Assembly: GCF_035084215.1 (NCBI RefSeq)
Contig: NC_090331.1
Location: 72,044,001-72,108,000, forward strand
Length of the DNA stretch: 64,000 nt
DNA from: Heptranchias perlo
Taxonomy: Eukaryota
Direction: 5' to 3'
How positions within the stretch are numbered: the first letter of the stretch is position 1; every line of letters begins with the position of its first letter. Below are positions 50,200 to 63,323 of the stretch, piece by piece. The notes beneath the pieces are model-generated. The model was not told the DNA's origin. It saw only the letters and a program-made list of their open reading frames with translations, and ran no database searches. Made by a program: the position numbers and the translations under genes.

Positions 50200-52691
50200 G
50201 ATCTGCAGCAAAGGCTGATTGGTTGGAACGGGGGATTTTAAATTTTAATTCGTTGGGAAAAGGAGGCCTGCTCATGTCAGAAAGGTAATGAATTTCTTAA
50301 GTTCAGGGCTGCTTTCTGCAACAATACATCCTAGAACCAACAAGGGGGCCGGCCATGTTAGATTTAAGAATGAGTAATGAGTCAGAATTAGTTAACAGCC
50401 TAACGGTGAGTGAACTTTTATCTCATAGCGATCATAATATGATCGAGTTCAACGTTTTGTTTGAAAGGCAGAAACCCGTTTCAATTATTAAGGTTCTGAT
50501 GTTAGGTAAGGCCGGCTTCAACGGGATGTGACAGAGACTGTCCACAGTAAACTGGGCAAATCAGTTAATGGGTAAAATAAGTGGAGGATGTTCAAAAAAG
50601 AATTCAACATGATTCAGAACCAGTTTATACCCCTAAGGGGCAAGAACTCTACTTGCCAAAACACACTGCCATGGATGACAAAAGAGGAAAGGGACAACAT
50701 TAAAGAAACTGCAGTCAAAAATGGGAAAAAATAGCACAGTTCCTGGCGATTGCTTGAGATACAAAGAACAGCAAAGGGTGACAAAACAAATAGTAAGAGC
50801 TACAAAAAGGGAGTATGAAAAGAAACTTGCAAAGGATATCAAAATCAACACAAAAAGTTTTCATAATTATATTAGGAAACAGAGGGTGGTCCAGAGCAAT
50901 GTGGGCCTTGTAAATACTGATAATGGTGTTATTGTAAATGAAAATAAGGAAATGGCGGACATGTTGAATAATTACTTTGTGTCAGTATTTACCATAGAGG
51001 AAGAGGATAACACGCTGAACATTCCAAGGAAACTAATTTTGAATCAGGGACGGGGACTCATAATTAATGTAATCAAATTAACAGGAATGAAGAAAATAAT
51101 GGCACTAAGAGTGACAAATCCCCAGGACCAGATGGTTTCCATCCCTGGGATTGAAGGAAGTAGGTGAGAACATTGCAGAAGCCCTAACTATAATCTTCAA
51201 AAGTTCTCTCAATTCAGGAACAGTTCCTACAGATTCGAAAATTGCACATGTCACTCCGCTATTTAAGAAAGGTGAGAGTGGGAAACCCAGGAATTATAGA
51301 CCAGTTAGTCGAACATCTGTTATCGGGAAATTACTTCAGTCAGTAACTAAGGATAGAGTGACTGAACACTTTGAAAATTTTCAGCTGATCAGAGAGAGCC
51401 AGCCTGGATTTTTATAGGGAAGGGCATGCCTGACGAAATTGATTGAATTTTTTGAAGAGGTGTCTAAAGTAGTGGACAGGGGAATGTCCATGGATGTTGT
51501 TTATATGGATGTCCAGAAGACATTCGTTAAAGTTCCTCATTAGAGACTGTTAGTTAAAGTTGAAGCTCAGGGAATTGAGGGCAAATTCTTAACCTGTTTA
51601 GGAAACTGGCTGAGCGGCAGGACACAGAGATTAAGGAACTCTCAGGTACTCAAATTGGCAGGATGTGACGAGTGGTGTCCCACAGGGATCTGTGTTGGGG
51701 CCTCAACTATGCTCTGTATTTATTAATAACTTAGATGACGGGATAGAGAGCCATGTATCCAAGTTTGCCAATGACACAAAGATAAGTAGCATTGTGAACA
51801 GTGTAGATGGGAGCATAAAAGTAGAGAGAGATATTAATAGATCAAGTGAATGGGCAAAACTGTGGCAAATGGATTTCACTGTAGGCAAGTGTGAGGTCAT
51901 CCACTTTGGACCTAAAAAGGATAGATCAGAGTACTTTCTAAATGGTGAAAAGCTCAAACAGTGGAGGTCCAAAGAGACTTAGGGGATCATGTACATAGTT
52001 CATTAAAATATCATGGACAGGTACAGAAAATAATCAAAAAGGCTAATAGAATGCTGGCCTTTATAAGTAGAGAACTAGAATACAAGGGGGTTGAAGTTAT
52101 GCTGCAGCTATACAAAGCCCTGGTTAGACCAGACCTGGAGTACAGTATTCTATTCTGGACACTGCACCTGAGGAGGGATATTTTGGCCTTGGAGGGAGTG
52201 CAGCGTAAATTTACTAGAATGATACCTGGACTCCAAGGGTTAAATTACAAGGAGAGATTACACAAACTAGGGTTGCATTCCCTGGAATTTAGAAGATTAA
52301 GGGGTGATTTGATCGAAGTTTTCAAGATATTAAGGGGAACTGATAAGGTAGATAGAGGGAAACTTTCTCTGCTGGTTATGGGATCCAGGATGAGGGGACA
52401 TAGCCTAAATCTTAGAGCCAGGACTTTCAGGAGTGAAGTGCGGGAACGCTTCTACATGCAATGGGTGGTAGAAGTTTGGAAATCTCTTCCACAAACAGCA
52501 GTCGATACGAGCTCAATTATTAATTTTCAATCTGAGACTGATAGATTTTTGTTAACCAAAGGTATTAAGGGATATGGGGCTAAGGAGGGTATATGGAGTT
52601 CACTCACAGATCAGCCGTGATCTCATTGAATGGAGGAATAGTCTCGAGGGGCTAAATGGCCTCCTCCTGTTTCCATGTTCCAATGTTCCTG
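50200..52691 (+). mobile_element. CR1 LINE copy (unit 6 spacer)
   Basis: Collinear CR1 with [12 protein letters not shown] and SKFANDTK motifs. Confidence 0.9.
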
Positions 52692-54470
52692 CCTTTCACA
52701 CCACACTATCAAATTCTTTATTAGATGCTTATCCAATTCTCTCTTTAATCATTCATCAATCCCTTGCTTAGCAGTCAATTAGATTCAAATACCAGTCCCT
52801 GCCCAGTCAAATTGGAATTGTTTTTTCACCCTCCCTCTTCTAAGTTTTGCGCACTGCCCCTTGTTCCAGAATCTGTGTAACCCTTCACATTTTCCCAGCA
52901 ATCCTCATCTTGTCTATTTATGATTCTTCTGACAAGTTTAGTATCCTCCCTGTTCTTATATTCATCCCTGTCCTCTGATCTATTCATGGCTTTAAAGTTT
53001 AGAGAAACTCTTTAGTCTTCCTTATCCCTGGCAGTACTTGCCTTGTTCCCCACAACAGTCTCCTTTCTTCTTTTGTGCATTTTTTACAACTGCTCCATAG
53101 GTCTTTTTTATTGACAATAATGTATTCCTGAAAGTGTTCCACTTTTCTTCTGTAATCCTCCCTTCTAAAATATTATCAATATCACAATGTAAATTGCTCC
53201 TCAGAACTTTGTTCTCTTGTTCCTCCCAAGATCCATATTTGCTCTCCATCAATCCTATCATCCTTTTAATCCCTCAAATTATTCTTATCTGTTCTCTCAA
53301 TCTCAGACGGGGCCTCAGTTTAACATTTTATCTGAAAGACGCCAACTCTGATAGTGCGGTAGCACCTCAGCACTACACTGAATTATCAATCTAGATGATG
53401 TGCTCAGGTCATACAGTGAGACTTGAGCTCACAACCTTCTAGTCAATACTTTCATTAGCTCATTGAATAGACATTCACATCATAGATGTGACACGTGGGT
53501 AATTTTCTTTCCTTCCAGATATGAAGGCCTGGAAATTCCTGGGTCTCTGGTCTGGTAACGTAAGTGCAGCAGATCAGAACCCTACCCTTCCCTTGCCAAA
53601 GAAACCCCATCCATTGTTCAGAGGACAGGGTCATTTGCATGGACAGATTAGGCCATCACCACCTGCAAGGGTCCATCAACAGTTACCACCCTGTCTTGAG
53701 CTCATCACCCTGGTAATGCAGAGCAGAGTCCTCTGGTGGTCCAAATGGGCTGAAGTCTATGGCTCCTCCTGGAGCCAATCTGACTAGAAAAGGAAATCGA
53801 TGTCCTTCAGGATTGATTACCTTACGATAGCAAAGGTTTGTGGCCTTTAGAAGTCCTCAAATGGATTTGCACCAAGTTTCAACTGGCATGAGTTCCACTG
53901 AGTCCTTTCAATGAGTGAAAAGGACGCATTTCTCAGGACAGCCTGGGACATCTCCGCTGACCTGCCCTCTTGATGTAGGAGGGGGCAGGTAAGAGATGTT
54001 ACCATGGTCTCACTGACCGTAATTTAAAGGTCCTATCAAATGTGGTGGACTCCCGGATCAGCTGGGCTCCAACACACAGTTCAGTTTTCTCCCACACATG
54101 AATAAAACTTAGGCCCTCTCCATCCCCAGGAAATTAGGGGCCAAATGTCCTTGCAATTATGATCGTGATTTAGTGTATAAACGCTTAATTCATTGTACAA
54201 AAATACTTTTCTACTTTTTAATGGCGGCATTAAACCTGTTATTTTAACTCAATCAACGTCTGCTTTAAAATAGCTCATAAAGGAACTTCACACAAATCTG
54301 CTGAGTGTTTATACAAATATCATATACCAAGATTTCATACATTATTTGAAAACACAGCTCCCATTCAGTAATTGTACATGTGTCTGACCCTTCCACTCAC
54401 TACAATAAGGATGTTGGACACTGCAAAGATACCAATAACACAGTGTGGAAAAGCAATGAACTTAGACCTT

Positions 54471-54628
54471 TACAACAAAAGATGGAAGGTGTCTGGGATA
54501 ATTTTGCTTACATAGGGTCTACAGTGATTTCACTAACAATGTGTTTTGCTATTTTGCTCTTTCACGCGATGTATAAATAGCCCAGCTCTACGGATCCTCG
54601 TCACAGTAACTGAAACACACAGAGCAAA
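54471..54628 (+). promoter_or_regulatory. Copy 7 proximal promoter
   Basis: Same motif set; TATAAATA at 54572-54579. Confidence 0.8.
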
Positions 54629-57600
54629 ATGGGAAAGGTATTTACTGATCAATATTATGATGTTATTTTATTACTGCTTTGCAGAAATCTGATCTGAAAT
54701 AATTATTTTTCTTTAGATCTTCTTTTACGAAGACAGGAACTTCCAGGGTCAGCACTACGAGTGCAATACTGACTGTGATGACCTGTCCTCTTACTTCAGT
54801 CGCTGCAACTCCATCCGTGTTGAGAGTGACTGGTGGGTGGTGTATGAGAGACCCAATTACATGGGATATCAGTATGTTCTGAGCAGAGGAGAATATCCTG
54901 ACTTCCAGCGCTGGATGGGATTCAATGACAACATCAGGTCATGTCGCACCTACCCACACGTAAGTTTTAAACTTGTTTCATTTATTCTGTTTGTATTGTA
55001 CCTTCTAACACTGATGATGCTATTCAATATTTTTTTATTTTATTCATTCATTGGGTGTGGGCGTGGTTTTCCTTATTGCCCATCCTGAATTGCCCTTGAG
55101 AAGGTGGTGGAGAGCCGCCTACTTGAACCGCTGCAGTCCGTGTGGTGATGGTTCTATCACAGTTAGGTAGGGAGTTCCAGGATTTTGACCCAGCGACGAT
55201 GAAGGAACAACGATATATTTCCAAGTCGGGATGGTGTGTGACTTGGAGGGGAACGTGCAGGTGGTGTTGTTCCCATGTGCCTGCTGCCCTTGTCCTTCTA
55301 AGTGGTAGAGGTCACCGTTTTGGGAGGTGCTGTCGATGAAGCCTTGTTGAGTTGCTACAGTGCATCCTGTGGATGGTACACACTGCAGCCACTGTGCGCC
55401 GGTGGTGAAGGAGTGAATGTTTAGGGTGGTGGATGGGGTGCCAATCAAGCGGGCTGCTTTGTCCTGGATGGTGTCAAGCTTCTTGAGTGTTGTTGGAGCT
55501 GCACTCATCCAGGCAAGTGGAGAGTATTCCATTACACTCCTGACTTGTGCCTTGTAGATGGTGGAAAGGCTTTGGGGAGTCAGGAGGTGAGTCACTCGCC
55601 ACAAAATGCCCAGCCTCTGACCTGCTCTTGTAGCCACAGTAGTTATGTGGCTGGTCCAGTTAAGCTTCTGGTCAATGGTGAGCCGCAGGATGTTGATGGT
55701 GGGGGATTTGGTGATGGCAATGTCGTTGAATATCAAAGGGAGGTGTTTAGACTCTCGCTTGGTGGAGATGGCTATTTCCTGGCACTTGTCTGGCGCGATT
55801 GTTACTTGCCACTTTTCCACCCAAGCCTGGATGTTGTCCAGGTCTTGCTGCATGCGGGCACAGACTGCTTCATTATCTGAGGGGTTGCGAATGGAACTAA
55901 TCACTGTGCAATCATCAGCGAACATCCCCATTTCTGACCTTATGATGGAGGGAAGGTCATTGATGAAGCAGCTGAAGATGGTTGGGCCTAGGACACTGCC
56001 CTGAGGAACTCCTGCAGCAATGTCCTGGGGCTGAGATGATTGGCCTCAAACAACCACTATTATCTTCCTTTGTGCCAGGTATGACTCCAGCCACTGGAGA
56101 GTTTTCCCCCTGATTCCCATTGACTTCAATTTTATTCGGACTCCTTGGTGCCACACTTGGTCAAATGCTGCCTTGATGTCCAGGGCAGTCACTCTCACCT
56201 CACCTCTGGAATTCAACTCTTTTGTCCATGTTTGGACCAAGGCTGTAATGAGGTCTGGAGCTGAGTGGCCCTGGTAGAACCTAAACTGAGCATTGGTGAT
56301 CAGGTTATTGGTGAGTAAGTGCTGCTTGATAGCACTGTCGATGACACCTTCCATCACTTTGCTGATGATTGAGAGTAGACTGATGGGGTGGTAATTGGCC
56401 GGAATGGATTTGTCCTGCTTTTTGTGGACAGGACATGCCTGGGCAATTTTCCACATTGTTGGGTAGATACCAGTGTTGTAGCTGTACTGGAACAGTTTGG
56501 CTCGAGGTGCAGCTCGTTCAGGAGCACAAGTCTTCAGCACTACAGCCGGGATGTTGTCGGGGCCCACAGCCTGTATCCAGTGCACTCAGCCGTTTCTTGA
56601 TAGCACGTGGAGTGAAACGAATTGGCTGAAGACTGGCTTCTGTGATGGTGGGGATATCGGGAGGAGGCTGAGATGGATCATCTACTTGACTCTTCTGGCT
56701 GAAGATGGTTGCAATCGCTTCAGCCTTGTATTTTGCACTCACGTGCTGGACTCCGCCATCATTGAGGATGGGGATGTTTACAGATCCTCCTCCTCCCTTT
56801 AGTTGTTAGATTGTCCACCAGCATTCACGACTGGATGTGGCAGGGCTGCAGAACATTGATCTGACCCATTGTTTGTGGAATCGCTTCGTTCTGTCTATAG
56901 AATGTTGCTTCCGTTGTTTAGCCTGCATGTAGTCCTGAGGTGTAGCTTCACCAGGTTGGCACCTCATTTTTACGTACGCCTGTGCTGCTCCTGGCATGCT
57001 CTTCTACACTCCTCATTGAACCAGGATTGATCCCCTGGCTTGTTGGTAACGGTAGAGTGAAGAATATGCCGGGCCATGAGGTTACAGATTGTGCTGGAAT
57101 GCAATTCTGCTGCTACTGATGGCCCACAGCGCTTCATGGATGCCCAGTTTTGAGCTGCTAGACCTGTTCTGAATCTATCCCATTTAGCATGGTGATAGTG
57201 CCACACAACACGTTGGATGGTGTCCTCAGTGCAAAGACGGAAGTTTGTCTCCACGAGGACTGTGCGGTTGTCACTCCTACCAATACTGACATGGACAGAT
57301 GCATTTGCGACAGGTAGATTGGTGAGGACGAGGTCAAGTAGGTTTTTCCCTCGTTTCAGTTCGCTCACCACCTGCCGCAGGCCCAGTCTGGCAGCTATGT
57401 CCTTCAGGACTCAGCCAGCTCGGTCAGTAGTGGTGCTGTTGAGCAACTCTTGATGATGGACATTCAAGTCCCCCACCCAGAGTACATTCTGTGCCCTTGC
57501 TACCTTCAGTGCTTCCTCCAAGTGGTGCTCCAGATGGAGGAGGACTGATTCATCGGCCAAGGGAGGGCAGTAGCTTGTAATCAACAGGAGGTTTCCTTGC

Positions 57601-59451
57601 CCATCTTTGACCTGATGCCATGAGATTTCATGGGGTCCGGAGTCAATGTCGAGGACTCACATGGCCACTCTTTCCTGACTGTATATCACTGTACCGCCAC
57701 CTCTGGTCGGTCTGTCCTACCGGTGGGACAGGATATACCCAGGGATGGTGATGGAAGTGTCTGGTACGTTGCCTGAAAGGTACGATTCTGTGAGTATGGC
57801 TGTGTCAGGCTGTTGCTTGACTATTCTGTGGGACAGCTCTCCCAATTTTGGCACAAGTCCCCAGATGTTAGTGAGGAGGACTTTGCAGGGTCGACTGGGC
57901 TTGGTTTGCCATTGTCGTGTCCGGTGCCTAGTGGTCCGATGCCGGATAATCCGTCCGCTTTTATTCTTAATATGACTAAACAAAACAGGTTGTTAACATT
58001 TCCAATATTCAACACACTGAGACATTCCTTTCAAGTTAACTCTTCACTCCACTAAACAAATTTTCAGCATCTCAATCACTCACTTCTGGAGAAAGGTGAA
58101 AAGCTGCTTCCATGTCTCATTGAGGAATATTAAACACTTATTTCCTCACACAATGGAAAGTGAAAAGGGGCTGAAGTCTCATGAGGCCAGATTTCCACCT
58201 CCTTTACGTTGCCCAGGGATTCCTGTGGATCAACCGAGGGGATGGACACCTGTGGAAATGAAGTGGGGATCCTGATTGGAGCTTTCGGCCTCGTTTTCTT
58301 CCACTTTGTCTGCAGGAGTGCTCAAGCGCAAGGACACCCAGAAGAAGTTGTTATCTCTTGGGTCTAATCCTTCTCAGATAGGAGGATTTGAGTGGGTCAG
58401 GCAGCTGGGCCAAGGAGGTCTAAACAGATCAAAGGAGTTTTTGTCCCATTCGTGATTGGAACCTTGGGCCTGGATGGCCGAGACACGAGGCTCCACACAC
58501 ATTGGAATTATTGCAGCTGCAGGCCTCTCAGCTCTTCGTCAATGGCTGGAATTCCACTCTTGATTTTGGGGCCACTGGCCTCTGCCAAGGGGTGGGCTTA
58601 TAGCTCCGAACATTGGGACAATGTTAATGCCTGAATCCAGGCATGTTTACAGCATGTCAGGTGGTCTGTACGTTGAGTGCGCTGCGCCTGACCTGCACCC
58701 AGGTGTTGGTGGTGGGAGGGAGGGCATACTCCCAAACCACGTTTGTAATATACTTCGATAAATATAAATTACAATTAATTTTTGTTTTCCATTTAAACTG
58801 ATTACACAACAGGAATTTTAACAAGATTGAGTGGAATATTCAATAATTCAAGTCGTGACAACGATTTCAATAATCGTTGCTGAATTCATCACTCAGGACA
58901 ATTTGATGATCTTTATCACAGAATAATAAACTGTACATTCCAAAATATTTCACTGCCATTGTGGATCAATTAGTAATTGAAAATATTCTGAAAAACAATT
59001 GTGGTAAATAACCTGTCGGCATCTGTCTATTTATATAACCGTGACGAAATACAAAGTTTGTTGTCCATTTTGTTGCTGCAGAAATTTCCTGACATTTCTG
59101 CTATGCAAACTGTGCAGTAATAAAATCATTAAAAGAGGGAAGAAATTTACTGACATGATTCTCTTGCCATTCCAGTCCAGCAGTAACTCCTACAGAATGA
59201 AGATTTACGAGAGGCCTGACTTTGGAGGACAGATGATGGAATTCATGGATGACTGTCCATCTGTCTACAATCGTTTCCGCTCCCGTGACATTCACTCCTG
59301 CCATGTGATGGACGGTTACTGGACCTTCTATGAATATCCCAACTACATGGGAAGGCAGTACTTCATGAGACCCGGTGAATACAAGCGGTTTGGTGACTGG
59401 GGCGGCAGTTGTCCATCTGTTGGTTCCTTCCGTCGTATGATGCATTACTAA
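54629..59451 (+). CDS. CRYG: Gamma-crystallin copy 7, join(54629..54637,54717..54959,59176..59451), 175 aa
   Basis: MGK|[23 protein letters not shown]...YPDFQRW...TYPH|SSSNSY...MMHY*. Intact; intron 2 is enlarged by an antisense LINE. Confidence 0.94.
55031..57968 (-). mobile_element. Non-LTR retrotransposon (APE endonuclease plus RT), antisense in intron 2 of copy 7
   Basis: [11 protein letters not shown]...ILTESYL (endonuclease N-terminus), ALDIKAAFD and MFADDCT. A-rich tail at 55031-55045 and a possible TSD AATAT. Frameshifted. Confidence 0.92.
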
Positions 59452-60829
59452 TATTCCACTGTGCTGACTTGATTCCTTCTAAGAAGTGATTAAATCAAAC
59501 CGCAATTAATAAATAAATGAGATTTTATTGAGTCCGTGACTCATTTTGATCTTTGTTTGCTGGTTCTGTTGTAGATACCGTAATTATAGGATATTTACAA
59601 ACAATTACCTGGTCTTCATTGGCAGCATGGGTTTGCACCATGGCCGTATTGGCCAGCGGGGAAAATTAAATCCATGTTCCCTGTGATTTACATATATCTC
59701 ACCTTGCTGATAGTGACAGAGCTTGGTGTTGTGGCTTAACATTTATCCACCAATGAGACAACAGTGAGAGAAGCAGCTTTTCCAAACCTCCCGGTAGGAA
59801 GCTTCAAAGGCCGGATTGTAGGCCTCAGGATCCACACGTGGCCCAGGGGCTGCAGTTTGGACACCCCGATTTACAATCCCGAATCAAATTCAGAAAATGG
59901 TCACAGTATAAAATAATACCTCGCCTATAATTAACCATTCTTTTTAAAATATCACAAAATTCTGACAGTAAAACAAAGTGAAAGAAACATATAACCAGTG
60001 ACCCTGAATGTATATTCATACTAGAGTTCACAAATCCTGAGGGCAAAAACATATCCTTTTTGCTCAAATGATAAGGTGACATAAAGGACATTTCGGGGCC
60101 AATGACCGTGATGTGCAAAGACTATGCCGACAATATCCTCTCCCTCTCTCTCTGAAAGTCTCTACACTCCACTTGTGCACTTCTTCTGATGTTAAAGCTC
60201 GGACCTGTCACTCATCATATGGGAACTGCAGGTACTAACCCATATTCAAGCACAATGCATCCAACAACCAGGGCCTGTATCTTGCAGTTCTTTCACTTAC
60301 TTGTTTTTCTCTATCTCCTCTCTTGTACTCTATTCGATTCATTTGTTTCCTGGCAATGATAAAATTCATACCTCCCTCAGAGAGCAATAAACAACTGGCC
60401 TTTTGATGACTAATGAAAACCTTCTGTATTTTAATTCTTCAAAGCCACAGCTTCATTCCTCTTGTCGGTCCAACCAACAATTACCACCGCTTGTGTTTCA
60501 CGAATGTTCCTTTGTCTATATCATCTCACGCCTCAGTATTGCCTCTGGTAATCCCATATAACGACTGATTTTAAAGTTGCTTCCAAGAAGCCTAGTTTTA
60601 TTTTTCATCTCTAGCACTTCTTTTCTTTTCAATAACTGTTTCTGAATCCAAACTTGAACTAAAGTTGTTTGATAGTCAGCATATCTCTCATCTCAAGCCT
60701 CCAGCCTCAATCGATTTCAACATTCAATCCTTTTTATCACTGTGCTTTATCACAGGAACATTTGAGTGTACAGCCCCAGAAAGCAATCCATCTGGCCAGA
60801 ACCTGTGTCTAGAAAATATCATATCCTAT

Positions 60830-63323
60830 GGTCTGCAACAAAAGCTGACTGGTTGGAATGGAGGATTTTAAATTTCTTATTCACTGGGAAAAGTAGACCA
60901 GCTCATTTCAGAAAGGTGGTGAATTTCTTGAGTGTGTTCAGGGCAGCTTTCTGCAACAATACGTCCTAGAACCAACAAGGGGGCAGGCCTTATTTGTTTG
61001 AATAATGAGTAACGAGCTACATTTAGTTAACAGCCTAACGTTGAGTGAACATTTATCGACAAGCGATCAGAATATGATCGAGTTCAACGTTTTGTTTGAA
61101 GGGGAGAAACCCGTATCAACTATTAAGGTTCTGATGTTAGGTAGGACCGACTTCAACGGGATGTGACAGAGACTGTCCACACAATACTGGGCAAATCAGT
61201 TAATGGGTAAAATGAAGCGGGTGATTTTCAATAAAGAATTTAACATGTTTATACCTCTAAGGGGCAAGAACTCTACTTGCCAAAACACACAGCCATGGAT
61301 GACAAAAGAGGTAAGGGACAACATAAAATTAAAGATAAAGCAGACAAAAATGGAAAAAATAGCACAGTTCCTGGCGATTGCTTGAGATACAAAGAACAGC
61401 AAAGGGTGACAAAACAAATAGTAAGAGCTACAAAAAGGGAGTATGAAAAGAAACTTGCAAGGGATATCAAAATCAACACAAAAAGTTTTCATAATTATAT
61501 TCGGAAACAGAGGGTGGTCACGAGCAATGTGGGCCCTGTAAATACTTATAATGGTGATATTGTAAATGAAAATAAGGAAATGGTGGACATGTTGAATAAT
61601 AACTTTGTGTCTGTATTTACAGTAGAGGAAGAGGACAACACGCTGGACATTCCAAGGAAACTAATTTTGAATCATGGACGGGGGCTCTCCATAATTAACG
61701 TAAACAAATTAATAGTAATGAAGAAAATAATGGCACTAAAGAGTGACAAATCTCTAGGACCAGATGGTTTCCATCCCTGGGATTAAAGGAAGTAGGTGAG
61801 AACATTGCAGAAGCCCTAACTATAATCTTCCAAAGTTCTTTCAATTCAGGAATAAGTTTCTTTAGATTGGAAAATTGCACATGTCACTCCGCTATTTAAG
61901 AAATGTGAGAGAGGGAAACCAAGGAATTATAGACCAGTTAGTCTAACATCTGTTGTCAGGAAATTACTGGAGTCAATATCTAAGGATAGAGTGACTGAAC
62001 ACCTTGAAAATTTTCAGCTGATCAGAGAGAGCCAGCATGGATTTGTAAAGGGTAGGTCATGCCTGACAAACCTGATTGAATTTTTTGAAGAGTTGTCTAA
62101 AGTAGTGGACAGGGGACTGTCTATGGATGTTGTTTATATGGACTTCCAGAAGGCATTCGATAAACTTCCTCATAAGAGACTGTGAGCTAAAGTTGAAGCT
62201 CATGGAATTGAGGGCAAAATGTTGACATGGTTAGGAAAATGGCTGAGCAGCAGGATACAGAGAGTAGGGATAATGGGCAGGTACTCAAATTGGCAGGATG
62301 TGACTAGTGGTGTCCCACAGGGATCTGTGTTGGTGCCTCAACTATTCTCTGTATTTATTCATGACTTAGATGACAGAAAAGGGAGCCATGTATCCAAGTT
62401 TGCCAATGATACAAAGATAGGCAGCATTGTAAGCAATGTAGATGGAAGCATAAAAGTAGAGAGAGATATTAATAGATCAAGTGAATGGGCAAAACTGTGG
62501 CAAATTGATTTCACTGTAGGCAAGTGTGAGGTCATCCACTTTGGACCTAAATAGGATAGATCAGAGTACTTTCTAAATGGTGAAAAGCTCAAAACAGTGG
62601 AGGTCCAAAGAGACTTGCGGGTCATGTACATAGATTATTAAAATATCATGGACAGGTACAGAAAATAATCAAAAAGGCTAATGGAATGCTGGCCTTTATA
62701 AGTAGAGGACTAGAATACAAGGGGGTTGAAGTTATGCTACAGCTACGCAAAGCTCTGGTTAGACCAGACCTGGAGTACTGTGTTCACTTCTAGGCACCGC
62801 ACATTAGGAAGGATATATGGGCCTTGGAGGAAGTGCAGAGTAGATTTACTAGAATGATACGTGGATTCCAAGGGTTAAATTACAAGGAGATATTACACAA
62901 ACTAGGGTTGTATTTCCTGATATTTAGAAGATTAAGGGTGATTTGATCGAAGTTTTCAAGATAATAAGGGGAACTGATAGGGTAGATACAGAGAAACATT
63001 TTCCACTGGCTATGGGGTCTAGGACTAGGGGACGAAGCCTAAAACTTAGAGCCAGGACTTTCAGGAGTAAAGTTAGGGAACACTTCTACACACAAAGGAT
63101 GGTAGAAGTTTGGAAATCTCTTCCGCAAATTGCAGTCGATGCTTGCTCAATTGTTAATTTACAATCTGAGATTTATAGATTTTTGTTAACCAAAGGTATT
63201 AAGGGATATGGGGCTAAGGAGGGTAAATGGAGTTAGGTCACAGATCAGCCATGATCTCATTGAATGGTGGAATTTTCTCGAGGGAATAAATGGCCTCCTC
63301 CTGTTTCCATGTTCCAATGTTCC
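60830..63323 (+). mobile_element. CR1 LINE copy (unit 7 spacer)
   Basis: Collinear CR1 with SQHGFVKGRSCLTNL, YMDFQKAFD and GVPQGSVL. Confidence 0.9.
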
